From the NCBI GenBank assembly GCA_011389745.1, contig JAABTQ010000006.1, positions 45,475-109,474 on the forward strand: a stretch of DNA of 64,000 nucleotides, in the 5' to 3' direction. The stretch is from Desulfobacteraceae bacterium. Lineage in GTDB: Bacteria; Desulfobacterota; Desulfobacteria; Desulfobacterales; SKZT01. Positions 51,867 through 62,885 of the stretch are shown in pieces; within the stretch, counting starts at the first letter, position 1, and each line of letters opens with the position of its first letter. The translations under genes and the position numbers were made by a program. The notes beneath the pieces are model-generated. The model saw only the letters and a program-made list of their open reading frames with translations, searched no databases and was not told the origin of the DNA.

Positions 51867-53861
51867 TCAAGCCAGGCCAATATCCCAATTCCATTGGCCG
51901 GGACGTTTTTTTAGCATAATCCCTTTAGGTATCGGTTCTGAAATGCTTATAAAAAGGGAGAATCCTGCCTTAATCAATTCTTCTTTCCGGTTTCGAATAT
52001 CCAGTTTCCAGTTGGGATATACCCAGAAATTCTTACCATATTTCTGTACCCAAGCCTCTTCACCTTTAGGACTTGAAAATATTTTTCCAAGTTCCATATC
52101 CTCGGAAATAGTCCTTGAAATACAAAGCGGCCAGCTTCCAAAACACACAATACCCAATTCGATCGGGCTTTTGGAAGGTAACTGAAGTAAATCGTCACCT
52201 CCTAACTCAGGACCGGCAATGGCTCCTTTAAAACCCATTTTTTTTAATGTCATCAAAGCAATCGGATTGGCAGCATTGCAAAAGGGTCCGGCCCATAAAT
52301 TCAATTTTTTAGGAATAGGAAAAAGAGCGGTTTGCCACGGGGCATTTAAAACGAAATATTTTCCACCCTGATCTAAAATCTTTTTTAAAGTCGACCTGAA
52401 TTGGTCTTCCTCTTCAGGCCATATGACAGGGGGAAGCCACCACCAATAATGCATGAAATTCTTTCTGGAAACAGGTTCCGGCATATTCCCATTGATCCAG
52501 ATTCCTACACGCCCGGATGGCATTGTTTTCATCACATTTCTGAAAACCTTCATTTCTTTATAGCGACCCTTTACAAGCCTGGGTTTGGTTTCCGTAAATT
52601 TAAATTTTCCGGTTTTTGGCTTCGGCAAAATGAGGAGGTCTGCCTCTTTTTGAAGATTTGTAATTTGTTTGTTCAACTCAGGTTCTCTTCGATCAATTAA
52701 AAAAACAGGAACTCCCCCGATTATCTTATGATCAGTCTGTATTTTAATGACAAGCCTTCCATTTTTGGGAATCCATTTGTTAACTTTAATTAGGGTATGC
52801 CATTTTTCATCCTCATACCCGACACGCAGCAAATCTCCATCGAATAACTGTTCCCTGGGAACCAGGTAGGGCTGATTTTTTCCACCTTTGATATTGCCGA
52901 TCAACAAGCCTGAACCGGTCTGGCCTTCTGATTTAATGGGATTCTGAGGCCTCTGGGGAAGAAAAAAATAATGGGTCGCCGGGCGCCCCAATACATATCC
53001 AAGGAGCTCAAGGGCTTCTTTTTTAACCTGAGGATCATTTCCTTTATCACGCATCAGGCGGTAAGCGCGAGTAGTATAATAGACATAGTGCGGCCCTTTT
53101 TTGCGCCCTTCAATTTTCCAGGCTTTAATTTCCGGAATAGCTGACAATACTTTTACCAATACATCCATACTCAGATCCATACATGAGAAAAAACGTTCGC
53201 TTTTGCCATGATGAGTGTATCGCCTTCTGCAAGGTTGAACACATCTTCCCCTGAGCCCACTTTTACCTCCCAGATAACTACTCCAGTAACAACGTCCGGA
53301 AACTCCGTAACACAAGGCCCCATGAACAAAAATCTCCAGTCCGAGGCCATGGGGGCAGGCTTTGGCCATGGATTTGATTTCATCGATATGAAGTTCCCTG
53401 GGAAGCACCACGCGATTAATTCCCAGCACTGGGTTGGCAAGTTGTAATGCCGATGTCAAGCTCAAATTGGCAAGTGTTGAAACGTGCAATTCACCCCGAT
53501 AATTTACTTGCCTAGCCAGTTGCAGCACAGCCATATCTTGAAAAATTAGGCCATCGGGTTTGACCTTTTGTCCTAATTGATATAACAGTTCGGCCATGCT
53601 TGCAAGTTCCGTGGTTTTAACCAGGGTGTTTAGCGCCACATACACTTTTGCGGCTTTTTCATGGGCCAGGTGTGTTAATTTTTCCAATTCCTCCATTTGA
53701 AAATTATCAGACGCCATCCTTGCGGAAAACGCTTTGAGGCCACAATAAACAGCATCTGCACCGGCAGCCAGGGCAGCTAAAAAAGAAGCATTGTTTCCGG
53801 CGGGCGCAAGAATTTCAGGACCAGGGTTTTGGTCAATTTTTTTAGTTATTGTTTCAGGCAT
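51867..53861 (-). CDS. U32-family protein (RNA/quinone hydroxylation-type Fe-S protein)
   Basis: PEILAPAG, FVHGALCYGVSGRC..S....G.SG.RG.C.QPCR, KIEGR. Confidence 0.85.
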   Translation of the reverse strand: MPETITKKIDQNPGPEILAPAGNNASFLAALAAGADAVYCGLKAFSARMASDNFQMEELEKLTHLAHEKAAKVYVALNTLVKTTELASMAELLYQLGQKVKPDGLIFQDMAVLQLARQVNYRGELHVSTLANLSLTSALQLANPVLGINRVVLPRELHIDEIKSMAKACPHGLGLEIFVHGALCYGVSGRCYWSSYLGGKSGLRGRCVQPCRRRYTHHGKSERFFSCMDLSMDVLVKVLSAIPEIKAWKIEGRKKGPHYVYYTTRAYRLMRDKGNDPQVKKEALELLGYVLGRPATHYFFLPQRPQNPIKSEGQTGSGLLIGNIKGGKNQPYLVPREQLFDGDLLRVGYEDEKWHTLIKVNKWIPKNGRLVIKIQTDHKIIGGVPVFLIDRREPELNKQITNLQKEADLLILPKPKTGKFKFTETKPRLVKGRYKEMKVFRNVMKTMPSGRVGIWINGNMPEPVSRKNFMHYWWWLPPVIWPEEEDQFRSTLKKILDQGGKYFVLNAPWQTALFPIPKKLNLWAGPFCNAANPIALMTLKKMGFKGAIAGPELGGDDLLQLPSKSPIELGIVCFGSWPLCISRTISEDMELGKIFSSPKGEEAWVQKYGKNFWVYPNWKLDIRNRKEELIKAGFSLFISISEPIPKGIMLKKRPGQWNWDIGLA

Positions 53862-54023
53862 CTATTTTTTCAGATAGTTCTCATAAATATTTTTTAAAAA
53901 ATTTCGACAAATGATTGATGATGAACACGTAAGAATAATTTTATCTAAAACGATATTCGTTTTGCATTATGGGCTTTAAATTTGTTAGAATCAAGAGAAA
54001 AACATATTGGGGAGAATGGAAAA

Positions 54024-54929
54024 ATGAGTGATCGGAACCACATACCAACTTCTCATGTAAATAAACCATCAGGTCTGAATGACCCTTTAGCCAAAACAAT
54101 ATTTGACTCTCTTTCAGCCAATATCGCCATCCTGGATCATAAGGGGGTAATACTGGCCACCAACCGGGCTTGGCAACTATTTGCCGGTAACAACAAAATG
54201 AAAAAAGATTTCGATTCGGTGGGGTATAATTATCTTGAAATTTGTGATGCCTCGAGCGGTGAAGATGCAGAAATCAGCAGAAAAGCGGCTGAGGGTATCA
54301 GGAGCGTTATTAACGGGAATGTAAAAGAATTTTTGCTGGATTACCCATGCCATTCTCAAACCCAAAAGCATTGGTTTTACATGCGTGTTATTCGGCTGGC
54401 CGACCTAACCTCTTTGAAAATCATTGTAAGTCACGAAGAAATTACAGCGTTAAAATTGGCCGAACAATCGCTGAGAAAAAGCAAAGAACAGTTAATACGG
54501 CAAAAAAAGGACCTGGAGGAAACAAATATCGCTTTAAAGGTCCTCTTGAAACAGCGGGAGTTAGACAGGGTTGACCTTGAGCAGAAAGTTTTAGGCAATA
54601 TCAAGAAACTTGTTTTTCCTTATATGGAAAAGCTAAAAAACTCGCAGCTAAACAAAAATCAGAAGGCCATGTTGGACATTATTGAAAGTCACCTTACAGA
54701 CATTGTTTCACCTTTTTTAAAACGTTTATCCGCATTAAACAAAATTTTGACCCCGCAGGAGCTTCAAATAGCCACCCTGATTAAAGATGGCAAATCCAGC
54801 AAAGAAATTGCCGCTATGTTAAACATTTCTCTTTCCACCATCAATTTTCATCGTAAAAACTTAAGGGCCAAATTCGGCCTGAGTAACAAGCGAGCCAACC
54901 TTCAATCATATTTGTCATCACTTACCTAA
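54024..54929 (+). CDS. PAS-domain LuxR-family transcriptional regulator
   Basis: PAS-like N-terminus; LTPQELQIA...GKSSKEIA..L.IS.STINFHRKNLR.K. Confidence 0.88.
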   Translation: MSDRNHIPTSHVNKPSGLNDPLAKTIFDSLSANIAILDHKGVILATNRAWQLFAGNNKMKKDFDSVGYNYLEICDASSGEDAEISRKAAEGIRSVINGNVKEFLLDYPCHSQTQKHWFYMRVIRLADLTSLKIIVSHEEITALKLAEQSLRKSKEQLIRQKKDLEETNIALKVLLKQRELDRVDLEQKVLGNIKKLVFPYMEKLKNSQLNKNQKAMLDIIESHLTDIVSPFLKRLSALNKILTPQELQIATLIKDGKSSKEIAAMLNISLSTINFHRKNLRAKFGLSNKRANLQSYLSSLT

Positions 54930-54965
54930 ATTCCCATATAAATATAAAAGGGAAAAAATAAACCT

Positions 54966-56588
54966 ATGAAAATTAAAACCTGTGTTTTGCCTTCCGGCCA
55001 ATTTATTTACGGAATTCATAAACCCCGCTTTAATGTGGATAATTTCAGAGAAAATGATTTTATTGAGCCTTTAGGCCAATTTCCAGATGGCCGGTTAAAT
55101 GAAAATGACGCCAACTTTCCTCCGGGAATTGTTGAAGAGCCGGATGCGGATACAATATTTGAAATCCCAAATCCTTTTGCCTTTCGTGGTACCACATATA
55201 TTTCCAAAAGCTGGGCCGATGAAAAGGCCAAAAACCCCGAGCGTATTTATCTTCCAAGACCCCAAAACATCTCATTTTCCGGTTTTATCGATAAATGGTT
55301 CGGGCATAATCCGAAGCTTTTAAAAAACAGAGAAATACTATTTGAGTCATTACCTGAGCCTGTGCTTTTAGCCATTGCATCCACAGGCACTGATCCGGAG
55401 GATCTGGTTGCTCTGGCAAAACTTTCCTGTGAATTTTTATTTGAGCCCTGCGACAAAATCCCCAAGGGACTGAGATACAAACAAAGTAAGGACGGACAGG
55501 TAAAACCGAAAATCAAAAACAATGCATTGTTTGAAACTCTTGCCAATAATTATTATTTGCCGGATACATATAAAGAGGCGATGGTATTACGGCCCGGAGT
55601 GCAAGGTAACAGCGAAATAATCGGGGAATCAAAAGATGACGACAGCCACGTCTTTGAATACCTTAGACGAAACAGTTATATTCCCTGGGGCCATTATGCA
55701 GCCAACATGGCAAATGATTCCATTCGCTATCGTTTATGCGATTTGACCCATTCCGATATAGCCGGAATGAGGCACCTGTATTACCAGCGAACATATACGC
55801 GACTTGCGCGCGAGTTGGGTATCCCGATATCCCCTGCAAGGAAAAGACTCAGCATTGACAAATTGGAGTCTATCAGAATAAATATTTTAGAAAAACTCTC
55901 ATCAAATACCAACTCCGATTCCCTATTTTTTAATTGCTCACTCTGGGGCTGGAATTATGGATTTGACTTTTCTGCGAGCAAATACCGTCTTCATGCATCC
56001 CACCAGCAAATTCACCAGCAATTTGCAATGGTTCCGGCGACTGTTCAAACCCAAATCAATGAATGCCGAATTTCATCATATGCCTGTGGTGATATGATTG
56101 CTGAATTTATTCATGACTTTCGTAAAGAAACCGGCAAAAAATTCTTTGATTGTTACCTTCAAGCCATACGAAACAATCGACGAATAGATAACACACAAGC
56201 AGAAAAGAGTCTGATCATTTATGAGGATAAACATGTGATGGTGTTTGTCCCAAAGGCGCAAACTTCTCAATGGGAAATTCAACTGATTTGTCTTAAGCCG
56301 GTGGGAAATATTCTGGAGGCCGATATCCAATTGCGAAATTCACTTGACCGGGCTATGGCAATCACCATGAAATTTTTGGCAAATATGGGGATCAGAATGG
56401 TAACTATCTTCGAATATTCCAAAAGGTTCGATTCAGCAAATTCCGAGCAACATCTTATTTACGATTTTTTGCCTAAACTGCCTCAGTCTCCCGGTGCTTT
56501 CAGTGAAGCTCAGCTACGCTGGATCAACGGTCATTACCCCGAAGATTTTGCATTGGCTTGCCGAAATAAAATGGAAGAGCCGGAATAA
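54966..56588 (+). CDS. Hypothetical protein with GalT/HIT-like C-terminal region
   Basis: GWNYG...HASHQQIHQQ and IIYED.HVMVFVP.A....WEIQL resemble GalT motifs. Confidence 0.55.
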   Translation: MKIKTCVLPSGQFIYGIHKPRFNVDNFRENDFIEPLGQFPDGRLNENDANFPPGIVEEPDADTIFEIPNPFAFRGTTYISKSWADEKAKNPERIYLPRPQNISFSGFIDKWFGHNPKLLKNREILFESLPEPVLLAIASTGTDPEDLVALAKLSCEFLFEPCDKIPKGLRYKQSKDGQVKPKIKNNALFETLANNYYLPDTYKEAMVLRPGVQGNSEIIGESKDDDSHVFEYLRRNSYIPWGHYAANMANDSIRYRLCDLTHSDIAGMRHLYYQRTYTRLARELGIPISPARKRLSIDKLESIRINILEKLSSNTNSDSLFFNCSLWGWNYGFDFSASKYRLHASHQQIHQQFAMVPATVQTQINECRISSYACGDMIAEFIHDFRKETGKKFFDCYLQAIRNNRRIDNTQAEKSLIIYEDKHVMVFVPKAQTSQWEIQLICLKPVGNILEADIQLRNSLDRAMAITMKFLANMGIRMVTIFEYSKRFDSANSEQHLIYDFLPKLPQSPGAFSEAQLRWINGHYPEDFALACRNKMEEPE

Positions 56589-56590
56589 AA

Positions 56591-56629
56591 AAGGGTGAAA
56601 ACTTTTCCATAGTTACAGTTTTCACCCTT
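56591..56629. terminator. Probable terminator between convergent genes
   Basis: AAGGGTGAAAACT ... AGTTTTCACCCTT stem. Confidence 0.7.
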
Positions 56630-56663
56630 CTCTCTTGAGAGTGGCTCATCAAGCTGTCATGCT

Positions 56664-57287
56664 CTATTTAAATTTTGCTTTAACCAGATCCAATACCATA
56701 TTTTTGGCCGTCTCCAAATCCAATTCAGCCATATGTAATACTAGATCATATAAATCCGGCCGGTCATAATCGGTTTTACCAATCTTCTTATACAGGCTTG
56801 CACGGCGCTTATCCTCACTGCGCACCATCTGAGCCGCCTTGTTATAAGGCATATCATGGTGTTCTATCACATATTTGACCCGGTATTCAAACTCATTGAC
56901 CAACAAGATATGAATGGCATCCGGATGATCCCTTAGAATATACTGGCTTCCGCGCCCCATAATCACAACATTGCCTTCTTCCGCAATCTGGGCAATCATA
57001 ACCACCAGATAATCCAGATAAATTTCTTCATCGATATAACCGTAGTCATCCTTGAGCACTTTATCCACAAGGCCCTTGGATACCATTCGGGAAATAACCC
57101 TGGAAAGTTTGCCGCCTGCCTCTTTTTCCACATTCTCTACCCAGGTTTCGGAAACATTTGCCGCCTGGGCAATTTTAGAGACAATATCGCTATCGGCAAA
57201 AACATATTCCAACTCATCGGCGAGCATTTTACCCAAGGCTTTACCCCCGCTGCCGAACTGCCGCGAAATTGTGATCACTGCCATCAA
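56664..57287 (-). CDS. Cytidylate-kinase-like family protein
   Basis: ITISRQFGSGG, VIMGRG, DKRRASLY, YDLVL. Confidence 0.85.
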   Translation of the reverse strand: MMAVITISRQFGSGGKALGKMLADELEYVFADSDIVSKIAQAANVSETWVENVEKEAGGKLSRVISRMVSKGLVDKVLKDDYGYIDEEIYLDYLVVMIAQIAEEGNVVIMGRGSQYILRDHPDAIHILLVNEFEYRVKYVIEHHDMPYNKAAQMVRSEDKRRASLYKKIGKTDYDRPDLYDLVLHMAELDLETAKNMVLDLVKAKFK

Positions 57288-57351
57288 ATCCTCCTATATT
57301 TATTACCGAGAAGGCTTCGTCAAATAATGGGCGAAAGCCATGTTAAGGGAA

Positions 57352-58233
57352 CTAATTTTCTCCCCCATGGGGTATAATCAAAGCCGGAAACGGTGACTTT
57401 TCAGCAATATATCTGGGAGTGCTTCCGATCCATCGTTCTGCCCACACGGATTTTCCGGAAGACCCCATGACAATCAGTGTTGATTTTCGCTCACCAGCGG
57501 CTCGCTCAATTTCTTCAATAGTATCACCCACATAAACATGGGATCTTGCTTCAATACCATTTGCTGCAAAAACCTCACAAATTTTATCCAACTTTTCTCG
57601 TTTTTCTTTTCGAAGCTGCTGAATATCAAGGTTGGAGGTGCCTTTGAGTTCCTTGCGGCTTGCAACATGCACCACATTGATTTTACGAATCACATCTTTG
57701 AAGTTTTTAAGATATTCGACCGCCCTCATGCTGGCCGGCGACCAGTCGACAGCCAGAAGTGGCTTATCAAATGGTTTTTCTGATACCGATCCGCTATCCA
57801 CCCTGTTTTTATAAACTAAAACCGGCCTCTCAATTCTGCTTAAAAGTTCGGTAATATCAGCTCCTGAATAGAAAACTTCCATCATTTTTCTACTTCGCCG
57901 ACCAATGACAACAAGATCGGCATTTTCCTTTTCAGCGGCATCAATGACCTGAGGAACCAGGTTTCCTACAACAATGTAGACTCCTACCTCCATACCCTGT
58001 TCGAACAGGTTTTCCGCCCAGTCAATAAATCGAATGTTTGCCTGTTCTCTGAGTTTTCGCTCTTCACTTTTTTTGTATCCCACCCCCCGTTGCATGGCCA
58101 CACGATCCCTTTCAATGACATTCATGAAAATAACGTGTTCCAGTGCAGACTTCCTCAGGGGCAAAAGCGACTGCAAGGCACCAAACCCCAGCTCCTCAAA
58201 CTTAGTGACAAACAGCATCTTTCGAATAACCAT
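57352..58233 (-). CDS. Tandem universal stress protein
   Basis: Two USP domains (ADLVVIG; LLAVDWS...LIVMGSSG...GST); likely ATG at 58233. Confidence 0.85.
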   Translation of the reverse strand: MVIRKMLFVTKFEELGFGALQSLLPLRKSALEHVIFMNVIERDRVAMQRGVGYKKSEERKLREQANIRFIDWAENLFEQGMEVGVYIVVGNLVPQVIDAAEKENADLVVIGRRSRKMMEVFYSGADITELLSRIERPVLVYKNRVDSGSVSEKPFDKPLLAVDWSPASMRAVEYLKNFKDVIRKINVVHVASRKELKGTSNLDIQQLRKEKREKLDKICEVFAANGIEARSHVYVGDTIEEIERAAGERKSTLIVMGSSGKSVWAERWIGSTPRYIAEKSPFPALIIPHGGEN

Positions 58234-58279
58234 AGTTTTTTCATTATGTTGATTCACCGCCACACCTTTTTTAATTTTA

Positions 58280-58672
58280 TCAGCCAAGTACTTTTTTAAT
58301 CGTATCAGCCAAAACATCGCCGTCTACAGGCTTTTCAAGATACGCCTCGGGTTCGGGTACAGGGTCGCCTCCGAACTCGGTCAGGACTTTTTGGGATCTT
58401 AAAAATGATTTTTCAGCAATCCCGCTTAGCATAATAATAGGTATATCCTTGAACTTTTTATTGGTTTTCAACCTTCGGTATAAACGGATACCACTTTCTC
58501 TCGGCATTAATACATCAAGAATAATCAGATCCGGCTTCTCTTTTTTTACCGCTTCTTCACCTTCCTCCCCGTTGGTTGCCAAAACAGGTAAATATCCGTT
58601 TTCTTCCAGAACTGTCTGCGAGAATAAACGGACATCGGGATCGTCATCCACAACAAGTACTCTTTTTCCCAT
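58280..58672 (-). CDS. Single-domain response regulator
   Basis: VLVVDDD, LDVLMP, EKP. Confidence 0.9.
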   Translation of the reverse strand: MGKRVLVVDDDPDVRLFSQTVLEENGYLPVLATNGEEGEEAVKKEKPDLIILDVLMPRESGIRLYRRLKTNKKFKDIPIIMLSGIAEKSFLRSQKVLTEFGGDPVPEPEAYLEKPVDGDVLADTIKKVLG

Positions 58673-58746
58673 AACGCATTCTCCTTGATAAGTAAATTAA
58701 TTTTAATGGCTTCACGTTCGGCTCAGCCAGATTTAATCCATGAATA

Positions 58747-60267
58747 CTAATTTTCTTCTAATTCCATAAAAGGGACTCTGACAATAAAGGTGGTGCCTTT
58801 GCCGATTTCAGAAAAAACATCGATTGCACCATCGTGGTCTTCTATCAACTTTCTGGCCACCAGAAGCCCAAGCCCTGTTCCTTTGTGTCCTTTGGTACTG
58901 AAAAACGACGTAAATATTTTTTTCTTCACTTCCTTGTCCATACCCATACCATTATCAATAACCTCAAACCTGACCATATTTCCATCTTCATGAGCGGTTT
59001 TCAATTTCACTACCAGCGATTTTCCCGGGGTGTCATCGAAAACACAGGCATCAACAGCATTGGACACAAGGTTCATCAATGTGGTATGAATGCTTCTTGA
59101 ATCCATGGCCACCTGTCCGATATCAGGATCGAATTCTTTGAGTATCTCGACATTATGTTCCCGGGCCGTCTCTTCCATAACCTGGCAAACATCCTCAGCA
59201 ATTTCATTTGGGTTACATGGCTCATATTCGGGCTCTCGTACCTTTGAGTAAGACAGCAAATCCATGACAAGTTCTGAGGTATGCTTGATATTTTTCTGAA
59301 TCATATCCCAACCTGCTTTTAGTTTGTCGGTATCACTCTTTTTAAACCCGACCTCCATTAGATAACTGCCACCCTTGAAACCATGGAGAATATTTTTAAC
59401 CCCATGGGCCATACCTGCCACAGTCTGTCCAACTGTTGCCAGCCGCTCAGACATCAATAACTCTTTTTCCAAGTGTTTAATCTCCCTTAAATCCTGAAGA
59501 AATGCAACACTTCCCATAACTTTTTTTCGTTCATACAAAAACGTTCCGATAAAACGCACCGGAATTGGCATCCCGTCTTTATTTAATATTTTGGTTTCAA
59601 GGTGTTGAAGTTTAAACTTTTTTTGTTTTTCATGGCGTTTTGCCTGATAATAACGCATAAGTTCTTTGGAAAACAGATCTTTTACCTTTTTGGTATAGAG
59701 CACTTCAGATGGACTATATCCAAGAATATTTTCCGCAGCCGGATTATAAATTACCACATTAAATTTTTTATCCGTCGCTACAATGCCTTCCTCGGAAGTT
59801 TTGATCAGCTTCTGTAAAAAATTGGACTGCAGGCGCAACTCATGGGTAGCCCTCTCAATCTCTCTTTCCAGATTTTCCGTATATTCTTTAAGTTTTCCTC
59901 TAATGTAAAGCTTATCCTGGGCCCTTTTCAAGGCCAAAGAAATTGCCTCATCCCTGACGGGTTTGTTAATGAAGTCTGAAGCACCATGTTTCAGGGCTTC
60001 TATGGCGTTATCAATATCTCCGTGACCGGTAATTATAACAACCTCAACCTCCGGATTCCGCTTCTTAATATTCTTTAAAACTTCAATGCCATCCATGCCG
60101 GGCATTTTGATATCGGTGACAACAATGTCGGGAGATTCCCGTTCAAAGACCTCCAGGCCTTCCTCCCCACTGAAAGCAGTCACCACTTCATGACCATCAC
60201 TTCTCAGGGAAATGGCCAAAACCCGAACATTGGTTTCTTCATCGTCAATTAATAATATTTTAGGCAT
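58747..60267 (-). CDS. Hybrid histidine kinase (REC-PAS-HisKA-HATPase)
   Basis: N-terminal REC, PAS, AHGVKNIL, DNGMG, GTGLGL. Confidence 0.9.
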   Translation of the reverse strand: MPKILLIDDEETNVRVLAISLRSDGHEVVTAFSGEEGLEVFERESPDIVVTDIKMPGMDGIEVLKNIKKRNPEVEVVIITGHGDIDNAIEALKHGASDFINKPVRDEAISLALKRAQDKLYIRGKLKEYTENLEREIERATHELRLQSNFLQKLIKTSEEGIVATDKKFNVVIYNPAAENILGYSPSEVLYTKKVKDLFSKELMRYYQAKRHEKQKKFKLQHLETKILNKDGMPIPVRFIGTFLYERKKVMGSVAFLQDLREIKHLEKELLMSERLATVGQTVAGMAHGVKNILHGFKGGSYLMEVGFKKSDTDKLKAGWDMIQKNIKHTSELVMDLLSYSKVREPEYEPCNPNEIAEDVCQVMEETAREHNVEILKEFDPDIGQVAMDSRSIHTTLMNLVSNAVDACVFDDTPGKSLVVKLKTAHEDGNMVRFEVIDNGMGMDKEVKKKIFTSFFSTKGHKGTGLGLLVARKLIEDHDGAIDVFSEIGKGTTFIVRVPFMELEEN

Positions 60268-62806
60268 TATGTTCCTTTGCCGCACCATTGGCTGCAGGAA
60301 ATTTTACTTTAAAAGTCGTGCCGACACCGATTTTACTTTGGACCTCGATTTTGCCTTCATAATCTTTGATAATGCCATAGCTGATACTCACCCCAAGGCC
60401 TGTACCCTTGCCGGTTTTTTTGGTTGTAAAAAAGGGCTCGAATAATTTTTCCTTCACTTCATCGGACATCCCAATGCCCGTATCCGTAACTGTTACAGCC
60501 ACATAACCATTTTCAAGCCAGGATTTGATCGTCAAAACCTTTTGGATGCTTTTATCCTTTTGCTTTGCGGCTTTTTCATCCATGGCATCGATTGCATTGG
60601 TCACTAAATTAATAAAAACCTGCTCAATTCGGTTGTGGTCAGCCATTATTGGGGGAATATTTTCATCCAGGTCGAGTTTCAAATCAATCTGATGAACTTT
60701 CAGTTGATGTCCAAGCACTTTGAAAATATCCTTGATGGGCTTATTGATAAACAATTTGTTGCGAACCACCTCGGTCTGTCTTGCAAAATCACGCACATGT
60801 TTAATCACTTTCGATGCCCGGGCGACATTTTCCACAATATCATTGGCCATGCTTTTCAGGTCATCATCAGGAATAGGTGCCCCTTTTTTCAGCATTTTCA
60901 GAAAAAAATCCGCGCAAATCTGTATCACATTCAAAGGTTGATTGATTTCATGAGCCATTCCTGCAGCCATTACCCCTAATGTGGTCATCTTGCTCGCCTG
61001 AATCAACTGAGTTTCCTTTTCCACGATTTCCGTGATGTCAGTCGTATTTGCAATAATGACATTTTTTCCACCATATTCGGCATAACTGACAATGATATTA
61101 ACGAAAAACGGATGCCCTCCTTTTTTGTGATGCCTTCGTTTGGAAAACAACATGGAATGTTCCCTGGAAAGATACCGCAGTCCGCTGATCACTTCATCAT
61201 CATCAGGATCACCCAATTCCAGAAAGGAGGTTCCATACAATTCCTGCACTCTGTAACCATAGATATCTTTTGCCCGCTGATTCATATCGATGATTTCGTA
61301 AGTATCCATATCGATAATGAAAATGGGGGTCGGATCGTTATCGAAAAGGGAACGATATTTTTCTTCTGATTTGATATACTGTTCCTGAAGCATGGCATTT
61401 TCAATCGCCACGCCTATACGATTGCCGATAAGTTCCAGGATATCTTTTTCCCTGTGAGCAAATTGTGTCGGTTTTTTGCTGGCAATACGAATGACACCAA
61501 AAGGATTTTGTTCCTTATTGCTTATGGGCACATAAGCCAATGATTTGACATCATCTTTATCTGAAAAAAGGCAAACTTCACCATTTTGCTCCTGGGAACT
61601 TTCTTCAAAAATAGTCAGCTTGTCTGTTACGGCAACCCGGGTGATGATACTGTTCACGTCATCAATTTTTTCATTGGGATAAGGATTATCACACCCCCCC
61701 AGTTTGTAACGCAGGCAAAAGGAACCATCGTCTTCCAACAAAAAAATACAAACGGCTTTTGCCTCCATAAAATCCAGGACCACTTTAAGCGCATCTTCAA
61801 TTCTTTTTTCAAACTCGGCATGTTCATTCAGAGCGGTATAGATGGCCACCAAAGTTTTCAGCTCGCGGGTGTGCCGTTCTTTTTCCTCTTCTGCTATTTT
61901 ATCTTCGGTTCTGTCCCAGAAGGTCTCGATAGCCCCAATGATTTTACCGCTTTTGGCCTTGATGGGAGCAGCGGTAAAAAAAAGCCATTTTCCATCTTTC
62001 CCAAGGTTCTGGAAAAAAGATTCCGCCTGATATGCTCCTTCAATAAGAGCAGACTTATTCCATGCGGCCCCATATAACTTTCCGATTTCATTGGTATCAA
62101 TCTGATCCAAAATAACATCCGCCATGGTGGGGCGTCGCCTCTTATAAAACGGTATCCATTGCCTGTCCGTACCAACCACCTCTCCGGCAGTTATATTGAC
62201 CAACTTCTCCAATGCTTTGTTCCAATGGGTGACTTTGTGGTCTCTGTCGATGACGAAAGTAGGAATAGTGCTGCCCTGAATGATCTGAGACACAGCTTCC
62301 TCATGTTCCCAGAGTTCACTTTCGATTTTTCTGGATCGATTACTCCTTTCTTCAATAATCGAGGCAAACCGCCCCATCAGCGTATCCAGAAGCTTTCGAA
62401 TTTCATCAGGATCATAGTGCCTGGCTTTAGGCTTCTCAAGGCCCTGCTCTTTTAGATCCTGAACCATCAAAAGATCCCACATGGATCTTGCTTTATAATG
62501 GTCGATTATCCGGACACTTTCAGGCATGCATTGACCAATGCTATCGGCAAGGGTCGGATCATCACTCATTTCAAGAATGACCTCAAGACCGTCTAAATCA
62601 CGAAGATCAAGATAATTGGTTGTCGTATAAAAACCAAGTTTTTTGGCTAATGAAAGCCCTTTGGCATGTTCATCCTTATCGGCAACACCAATGATCACAG
62701 GTTTTTTCTCACGGAACTTTTTGCCAAAAAAATACTGAAGGAAACAGCCACAAAAATTTCCGGCTCCCACAATAGCTATTTTATGATCAAAAAAGCTCTT
62801 TATCAT
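60260..62806 (-). CDS. Cytoplasmic histidine kinase (Rossmann-like-PAS-GAF-PAS-HisKA-HATPase)
   Basis: N-terminal KIAIVGAG..., PAS and GAF regions, [13 protein letters not shown]. Confidence 0.88.
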   Translation of the reverse strand: MIKSFFDHKIAIVGAGNFCGCFLQYFFGKKFREKKPVIIGVADKDEHAKGLSLAKKLGFYTTTNYLDLRDLDGLEVILEMSDDPTLADSIGQCMPESVRIIDHYKARSMWDLLMVQDLKEQGLEKPKARHYDPDEIRKLLDTLMGRFASIIEERSNRSRKIESELWEHEEAVSQIIQGSTIPTFVIDRDHKVTHWNKALEKLVNITAGEVVGTDRQWIPFYKRRRPTMADVILDQIDTNEIGKLYGAAWNKSALIEGAYQAESFFQNLGKDGKWLFFTAAPIKAKSGKIIGAIETFWDRTEDKIAEEEKERHTRELKTLVAIYTALNEHAEFEKRIEDALKVVLDFMEAKAVCIFLLEDDGSFCLRYKLGGCDNPYPNEKIDDVNSIITRVAVTDKLTIFEESSQEQNGEVCLFSDKDDVKSLAYVPISNKEQNPFGVIRIASKKPTQFAHREKDILELIGNRIGVAIENAMLQEQYIKSEEKYRSLFDNDPTPIFIIDMDTYEIIDMNQRAKDIYGYRVQELYGTSFLELGDPDDDEVISGLRYLSREHSMLFSKRRHHKKGGHPFFVNIIVSYAEYGGKNVIIANTTDITEIVEKETQLIQASKMTTLGVMAAGMAHEINQPLNVIQICADFFLKMLKKGAPIPDDDLKSMANDIVENVARASKVIKHVRDFARQTEVVRNKLFINKPIKDIFKVLGHQLKVHQIDLKLDLDENIPPIMADHNRIEQVFINLVTNAIDAMDEKAAKQKDKSIQKVLTIKSWLENGYVAVTVTDTGIGMSDEVKEKLFEPFFTTKKTGKGTGLGVSISYGIIKDYEGKIEVQSKIGVGTTFKVKFPAANGAAKEHNA

Positions 62807-62885
62807 GAGTAAACGCTCATCTGGTTAACATATTGCCTGAGCAAACTAACAGGCGCCCCCCTTGTAATCAGAATTACCTAATTCT

